This document shows positions 55,471 through 61,208 of a stretch of DNA of 61,208 bases, in pieces. The position numbers were made by a program, and so were the translations under genes. The DNA comes from a virus. Taxonomy: Duplodnaviria > Caudoviricetes. Every line of letters starts with the position of its first letter. Positions within the stretch are counted from its first letter, which is position 1. Location: positions 1 to 61,208 of IMG/VR virus record IMGVR_UViG_3300010330_000002, one strand, 5' to 3'. The notes below the pieces were generated by a model that saw only the letters and a program-made list of their open reading frames with translations, searched no databases and was not told the origin of the DNA.

Positions 55471-57465
55471 ATGGATGTTAGTGATCTTTTAGGATTTTAT
55501 TCAGATGCTACTGATTTAATTACTCAAGTAAGCGAAGAAGTATCTAGCTTTGCTGCGACGGCTAGTGACATAATTAATTTCAATTTCAGTATTCCAGAGC
55601 TTTCCAGTGCTCCTGCGGAGTTATCTAATTATCCTGATCCTTTAATTGATCTCTCGACTCTTCCTAGATTAAGTTGGGATTATCCTAATATACCTTTGTC
55701 TCCTGAAGATTATAAATCTGCGATAACTGATTTACGCCATGTTGTAGATCGTTTGCTAGATGCTTTTCAAAATATTGTACCTGACTTGGGTCAGCTAAGT
55801 TTAACTTCTTTGCCAGATGTTCCTGTTACGGATATTAATTTGGAATACCCTTCTCTTACCTTAGATACTAAAGATATTCCTTCTTTGCCCAATGTTCCTA
55901 GTTTAAATCTTCCTACTATCCCAAGTGTTGAGGATGTATCGACTAAAACTAAGACTTATTCTGTTGAAGATATAACTGGTTACTTCGAATCTTTGGCAGA
56001 CTATATTGCACAAATCAGACAGCTTTTGCAGGACCAGCCGATAGAGGTTGATACTGATTTTCCTAATGATGCAGAAATAGCTACTGCTAAAAAGACTTTG
56101 AATGATTGGTTGTTGCATGATTACATTCCTACTCTTGCTAAAATGGATAGCATAGATTTAGCTGGTCTTGTCGATGTAGTAGAAGGTACAAGTATCGAAG
56201 GCTATAGATATTACATACTTCCAGACGGTTTTGTTAAAGCCGTTATGGATTTTGCAGAGAATATAAACGGTCTGGACCTTCCACGCAAAGAGCCTATTTC
56301 TTATTTAGACTCACTAAGAATGAGTGAAGAAATAGAACAACTTTTGGGAGAAACTGCTGATAGAGGGTTTAATGAGGATGTAATCGACGAAGGAGCGGCT
56401 TATGATATTACCCTTCACCGAATCAAAACACAGCTTGAACTTACTGAGAAAAAAGGGAAAGTATTATCCTCTTATACAGATCAGATGTGGAAAGCCATTG
56501 ATAGAAAGCCTAAGCTTTATAATCAGCTATCTACTTGGCTTCTTGTATCTTATTATTCTCTCGTGGACAACATTGCAAAGCTTTATCAAGTCAAAATTAA
56601 GACTATTCAGGAGAGGATAGATTTAGTCGATAAGGCTGTTAAAGCAAATCAAACTCGACTACGAGTTCTAATTTCATCTTCATTAAATCTTTTTATTAAT
56701 ATCGAAACTCGAATTCGTAATTTAACGTCTAAATTAAAAGCTCAAACGTTAGAAGCTCAGAGCGAGGTATTAGCGACACAAGCCGAAGCATTGGAAAGCC
56801 AAGCTATCGCAAAGAAAATTGCAGAATACGTTCAGAAGATAAAGCTAGCAGAAACTGCTTTTAAGGAAGTACAGACTAGGCTTAGGTTGTATGAAGTCAA
56901 AGCTGGAGTGCTTAGTAGTCAACTTCAATTTGAAATCTTAAAAAATAATCAGATTATTTTAGAAAACCAGAACGAGGTGCTATCCACGTTAACACAATTT
57001 ATAGATTATGATAAGTTATCAGAGCAATATAGATTATTGGCTAATCTACAAGAAAGTAAGCTTTCTGTGTTTAGCGATTATGTTTCTTACTTAACTACCG
57101 TAGTAGAAAAACTAACTCAGACTCCAGACGTAGTTAAACTAAGAGGAGAATTAAAAAATCTTAAAGCTCAAATAAGTAAGTTTCTTATCCAAAGAGAAGG
57201 TAAAGATCAAATGATGAGCACCTGGCAGTCTTCTTTAACAGATCGTTGGGCTGTTGATTCCTACGAATATAAAAAATTAATGCAAAAAATAGTTTATGAT
57301 GCAGAAGCTTCTGTTGTTTTCTCAGAGAGTCTTTTGGCTGATATGATTGCTAGAAATTCTGGAAATTTTGATGTTTTAGGTAATTTTTACTCTGAAAAAG
57401 CGGCAGGAGCTTTGTCTGCTGCCCATACTGTTGTAAGTTTAACTAATAAGATTTTGGAAGAGTAA
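55471..57465 (+). CDS. Internal virion protein (Pro-rich plus coiled coil)
   Basis: Context; architecture similar to the next gene. Confidence 0.65.
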   Translation: MDVSDLLGFYSDATDLITQVSEEVSSFAATASDIINFNFSIPELSSAPAELSNYPDPLIDLSTLPRLSWDYPNIPLSPEDYKSAITDLRHVVDRLLDAFQNIVPDLGQLSLTSLPDVPVTDINLEYPSLTLDTKDIPSLPNVPSLNLPTIPSVEDVSTKTKTYSVEDITGYFESLADYIAQIRQLLQDQPIEVDTDFPNDAEIATAKKTLNDWLLHDYIPTLAKMDSIDLAGLVDVVEGTSIEGYRYYILPDGFVKAVMDFAENINGLDLPRKEPISYLDSLRMSEEIEQLLGETADRGFNEDVIDEGAAYDITLHRIKTQLELTEKKGKVLSSYTDQMWKAIDRKPKLYNQLSTWLLVSYYSLVDNIAKLYQVKIKTIQERIDLVDKAVKANQTRLRVLISSSLNLFINIETRIRNLTSKLKAQTLEAQSEVLATQAEALESQAIAKKIAEYVQKIKLAETAFKEVQTRLRLYEVKAGVLSSQLQFEILKNNQIILENQNEVLSTLTQFIDYDKLSEQYRLLANLQESKLSVFSDYVSYLTTVVEKLTQTPDVVKLRGELKNLKAQISKFLIQREGKDQMMSTWQSSLTDRWAVDSYEYKKLMQKIVYDAEASVVFSESLLADMIARNSGNFDVLGNFYSEKAAGALSAAHTVVSLTNKILEE

Positions 57466-57466
57466 A

Positions 57467-59344
57467 ATGAGCTACGATGTAACTGAACTTATTTCAGAGA
57501 GACTAGACGCAATTAATAGCGGGATAAATTATACCCTAAATACTATTACAAATGTTATTAATGGGTTTCTATCTAGAGGTGTGTTGGAAATTGACCCTGC
57601 TTTTGTTGAAGATTTGCATCTTCATACTTATCCTATTCCTATTTTATCAAAGGGCGTAGGTGCGTCCGACATACAGCTAATTCCTACTGATTTAAAATTT
57701 CCTGATCATTCTGCTGAAGATTTTGATTTAAATACACTCATTTCTGAATTTGATTCTATACTTACAGAAATAGGCCAGAACATTGCTCCTCCTACAATTG
57801 ATTCTGTTTCTCAAAATCTGCATTCTATTTCTGCCCCACGTATTCCAGATAATTTAGATTCTATAGAATCTCCTTCTTTGGATACTGTTAAACTCCCTAC
57901 TTTACCAGTATTTGACAAAATTTCTGTTCCCTATCCAGAATCAGTTACTACGAATTTCACACCTTCGGATGTAACTTCGCTAACATTTGTTGAAACTCAA
58001 CATTTATTTGAAGAGTTTGACTCTATTTTACAAGAGGAATTGCAGTTTTCCACATACGTTCATAGTTTGATAAAAGATAGGCGCCTTAGAGTTGGAGAGT
58101 TGGTAGAGTTTTATGGCAGAATTTTAAACGCTCTTAAGGCTACTAATCCTCTTCAAAGAACTAGGGGAGTTATTGATGAAATCAATCAAATTGTAGATGA
58201 GGGTGAAGAGAAATTCATCAAACCTATTTATGATAGGTATACTACTTTTGTCTCTGAGGATATTAAAAATAAATTAGAAAATTTATATTCCCAAGCTAAA
58301 ACTTTGAGTGAAGGGCAATTACAAGAAAAATTTTATAGTGAAAACGTTTTCACTGATCGAGATAAAGAAGACGAAATAGAGGTTTTAAAGCTTCAACTTA
58401 AAGAAGATTTGGACAAACATGAAGCTGCTTATATGGACATTTGTATCCAACTCTGGAATCTTACTCTTTCTTATGTTCTTGTTTATGTAAATAAGTTATT
58501 GATAGAGTTTCAGCAAAGAATTGAATATGAGAGGGTTTTGGCAGAACTTCATGCTAACTTAGGCAAAGCAATTTTTCAGTATTATAATTTGTACGATTCT
58601 TTACTTCAGGCGGGAAATGTTCAGTTAGATAATTTTAAAGCTATTTTGAGCAAAGCTGATACAGAGTTGAATAAACTTCAATCTATATTAGAAAAAAACA
58701 ATGCTTATATCGAAGCATACGCCGCTCAGATTACTGGGCTTCAGACTTTAGTAGACAAGTACGATACTGATAGGAAAAATTACCAGGCACAACTTACTGA
58801 GAGGTCTTCAAGAGTAGACTTAGCTAAAACTGTGTATCAAAACAACCAGGCTAAGGTTGATTTGTATCAAAGAGCCGTAGGCTTGGTTAATAAGTTGTAC
58901 AGATTAAGACAAGAGAAAATAAGAGATATTCTCAATAGGACTAAAGCTAAAGTAGGTGCAGCTAAAGCCCAGCAGAGTTTAGATGTAGCAGGCTCTAAAA
59001 GCCTAGAAGAAATTTACAATATTTATGGGGATATATTAGAAACAGATGTGAGCAGATATAATGCCGAATATAACAATGTTCTCAAAGATAATTTAATGGG
59101 TTACAAAACTACAGTCCGTTTGAACGCAGAACGAGCTAATTTGTTGAAGCAAGCTTATTCAGTATTTCTTCAGAAAGTGATGCAGGAGAACCGCTATCTT
59201 CTAACAACTACTAGACTGGTCAATAGCACTGTAAATAAAATTGCTATGGAAGGAATCAGGCCCCTGTCTTCTATGTCGGCTGGGTTGCTGAGCGCTATTG
59301 ATGCTGTTGTCAATGGCTTATATGAATTTGTTGCAGAGGGATAA
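57467..59344 (+). CDS. Internal virion protein (Pro-rich plus coiled coil)
   Basis: Context; C-terminal AGLLSA matches AGALSA of the previous gene. Confidence 0.65.
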   Translation: MSYDVTELISERLDAINSGINYTLNTITNVINGFLSRGVLEIDPAFVEDLHLHTYPIPILSKGVGASDIQLIPTDLKFPDHSAEDFDLNTLISEFDSILTEIGQNIAPPTIDSVSQNLHSISAPRIPDNLDSIESPSLDTVKLPTLPVFDKISVPYPESVTTNFTPSDVTSLTFVETQHLFEEFDSILQEELQFSTYVHSLIKDRRLRVGELVEFYGRILNALKATNPLQRTRGVIDEINQIVDEGEEKFIKPIYDRYTTFVSEDIKNKLENLYSQAKTLSEGQLQEKFYSENVFTDRDKEDEIEVLKLQLKEDLDKHEAAYMDICIQLWNLTLSYVLVYVNKLLIEFQQRIEYERVLAELHANLGKAIFQYYNLYDSLLQAGNVQLDNFKAILSKADTELNKLQSILEKNNAYIEAYAAQITGLQTLVDKYDTDRKNYQAQLTERSSRVDLAKTVYQNNQAKVDLYQRAVGLVNKLYRLRQEKIRDILNRTKAKVGAAKAQQSLDVAGSKSLEEIYNIYGDILETDVSRYNAEYNNVLKDNLMGYKTTVRLNAERANLLKQAYSVFLQKVMQENRYLLTTTRLVNSTVNKIAMEGIRPLSSMSAGLLSAIDAVVNGLYEFVAEG

Positions 59345-59345
59345 A

Positions 59346-60368
59346 ATGCCTCGTTATTATGATCCAAACAAACCTGTAAAAATAAACAAAAAATTAGTTG
59401 AACAGGAAGCTCTCCAAACTCCGTGGATAGACCCTATTGACTTATTGACTTTTGGCACAGGACGAAGTGTGTTATCCAAGTTAGGGTCCAAAGGAGTTGG
59501 GGGAATATTAGGAGCACTATCCACTAAAGGAGCTACAAAGATGGGATTAATTAACAAAGCCATTGATTTAGGTGGGAAGGCATTAAAAAAAGGATGGCCT
59601 ATATTAGCAGGCTATGCTTTAGGCTCAATGGGTGGGGGAAACAAAGATAAAAAAGAAGCTCTGCCCTCTATAGAAAAGCCCGTTCTTACTAAAGAACAAT
59701 TCCAAGGATTTGTTAATCAAATTAACAGTATTCTGGGCGGGAACATTCCTATTAATCCTTATTCTGCCCAAGCTGCTAAGATGGCTAATAATGCTATTCC
59801 TATGCTACAACGTGCTTACGCTCCTCTTATAGAGTCTGGCAAAGAAGCATCGTCAGCCTTGACTGAGTTAGCATCTAAAATACCTTTAACCTCTGTACAA
59901 GGACCTAGTTATTATGACACCGCATTGTTAAAAAACATGGGTGCTCAGATTTCCGAGCTTTTAGCTCAATCTCAACCCCCTGACCTTAGTTTTAAATCTT
60001 TATTGAGAGCCAAATATGCAAGACGAGCGCTGCAAACAGCTTTACCTGCCTATGCTAGTTTAGTTAGCAGCGGGCGCCAAGCTATTACTCCGTCTTCTGT
60101 TGTACCTAATTTAATAACTGCTGCTTATGAGGCTCAAATGCGCCCGCATTTTAATATGCTATCGGCACTTCCAGGACTTTTAACAGGGGCGCAAACTACA
60201 CTACGTCAAGTTGGTGCAGGCCAACAAGCAAAAGCTGCTATGCTACTTAATACGTTGTTAGGCGGCCAAACTAAAATGGACACTGCTACCTTGACCGCAT
60301 TAGCTAAATTGGGAGCATTGGACCCCGCAATCAAAGATTTGATACTCCAGAATTACGTTCAACAATAA
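59346..60368 (+). CDS. Internal virion / ejection protein
   Basis: Gly/Ala-rich helical protein preceding the giant protein; ATG at 59346. Confidence 0.65.
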   Translation: MPRYYDPNKPVKINKKLVEQEALQTPWIDPIDLLTFGTGRSVLSKLGSKGVGGILGALSTKGATKMGLINKAIDLGGKALKKGWPILAGYALGSMGGGNKDKKEALPSIEKPVLTKEQFQGFVNQINSILGGNIPINPYSAQAAKMANNAIPMLQRAYAPLIESGKEASSALTELASKIPLTSVQGPSYYDTALLKNMGAQISELLAQSQPPDLSFKSLLRAKYARRALQTALPAYASLVSSGRQAITPSSVVPNLITAAYEAQMRPHFNMLSALPGLLTGAQTTLRQVGAGQQAKAAMLLNTLLGGQTKMDTATLTALAKLGALDPAIKDLILQNYVQQ

Positions 60369-60380
60369 GGAGAGAAGTAG

Positions 60381-61208
60381 ATGCCTGAAAACAATGCTCT
60401 TGCTGAATTAATAGCTAGAAAATTATTAGGCCTCCCTCTTCAGGGAGATTTAGGTTTGCCTTCAGAGACCGAGGCGATTCCGCAACAACAACCTGTAACA
60501 ACTCCACCTGCGGCCCTCCCTACTGGGACCAGCTTAGTTCAGGTTCCGCAAGCACCCACAATGAGACAGATTACTGCTCAAGAAGAATCTTGGCCTGGGG
60601 TAGTAGCTAAGTCTATTGGAAGTGGCCTTACCCAAGTTGCTACAGGAGCGTTGGGTACTGCTTCGGGTATATTGGAAAACTTAGGAGCTAATACTCAAGA
60701 ACTCCAGCACATGGCAAACGAAGTTAATCAGTATCTGGCCCCCAAAGTAGGGAAGAGCAGGGCCAAATCCTGGGTATCAGGGATTATTCAATCTACTATA
60801 AATTCCCTGGCTCAGTATGTAATTTCTAAGAGGCTTGGTATACCTTTATTGCCTATGTTTGGGGCAACAAGCGGAGGGCAGAAATACCTCCAAGTAAGAC
60901 AGCAAGGATACACTCCTGGGCAAGCACTAAAAGCAGCAGTACCTACTGGAATATCTGAAGCTGTTACCGAGAAGATACCTTTTGAAGCTGTATTTAAAGA
61001 TGTAGGGAAACCCATAGTTCGTCGTCTACTAAAGCTGTACGGTGGGGAGCTATTAGGGGAAAATATCAATACTATCACAGAAAATATTGTTGATCAGGTA
61101 GTCTTAAATCAACCTAAAACAATGGACGATTATGTCCGAGACTTGGTTGATACCACTGTCATTACTTTAGGGCAGACCAGTTTGACTGGATTGCCAGGCA
61201 TAGCTTTA
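60381..61208 (+). CDS. N-terminal part of the giant virion protein (continues at position 1)
   Basis: AAGGAGA RBS, ATG at 60381, stop-free to the window end and in frame with the ATG at 37. Confidence 0.9.
   Translation, partial: MPENNALAELIARKLLGLPLQGDLGLPSETEAIPQQQPVTTPPAALPTGTSLVQVPQAPTMRQITAQEESWPGVVAKSIGSGLTQVATGALGTASGILENLGANTQELQHMANEVNQYLAPKVGKSRAKSWVSGIIQSTINSLAQYVISKRLGIPLLPMFGATSGGQKYLQVRQQGYTPGQALKAAVPTGISEAVTEKIPFEAVFKDVGKPIVRRLLKLYGGELLGENINTITENIVDQVVLNQPKTMDDYVRDLVDTTVITLGQTSLTGLPGIAL
61086..61208. repeat. Second copy of the 123-bp terminal overlap
   Basis: Exact match to 1-123. Confidence 0.97.

Larger units (their letters stand above)
2166..58352. repeat. Dispersed perfect palindrome TGAAAACGTTTTCA (13 exact copies)
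   Basis: Starts at 2166, 9159, 17083, 20871, 22763, 26907, 28215, 32002, 33785, 39053, 40856, 49771, 58339; variant at 18852. Confidence 0.95.

Noticed and set aside
1-61208. Alternative genetic code, tRNA genes or a diversity-generating retroelement
   Set aside because: Genes are intact and densely packed under code 11; no cloverleaf, reverse transcriptase or TR/VR pair seen by eye

Overview
The window is an apparently complete, circularly closed genome (~61,085 bp; bases 1-123 repeat exactly at 61086-61208) of a tailed dsDNA phage with podovirus-like organisation. The minus-strand block (6963-22634) holds replication and recombination genes: UDG-fused family A DNA polymerase, Cas4-like and resolvase-like nucleases, RecA-like protein, SF2 helicase, SSB, primase and DnaB helicase. 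It also carries a Ycf46-type AAA+/DUF1257/DUF2997 module and a ParB/DUF3102-like HTH protein. The plus-strand block holds TerS, early promoter-gene cassettes (including a PPDK-like phosphohistidine kinase next to a CX5R phosphatase), a nucleotide-metabolism cluster (DHH, MazG-like, PyrE, Nmad1-like), intein-containing TerL and portal, lysis genes, head and tail genes, and internal virion proteins. The last of these is a ~2556-aa polyvalent protein spanning the circular junction. I recognised no integrase, tRNA or CRISPR array. The strongest unexplained signal is a perfect 14-bp palindrome, TGAAAACGTTTTCA, with 13 exact copies dispersed genome-wide in different reading frames and a phased cluster of variants at 28193-28328. 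Other highlights are the dikinase-phosphatase pair, a promoter-to-terminator small RNA carrying an anti-Shine-Dalgarno sequence, an array of back-to-back hairpins (candidate origin), a class 3 intein in the portal and a Gln-ending mini-intein in TerL. All family assignments come from recognising motifs by eye; no database searches were run.
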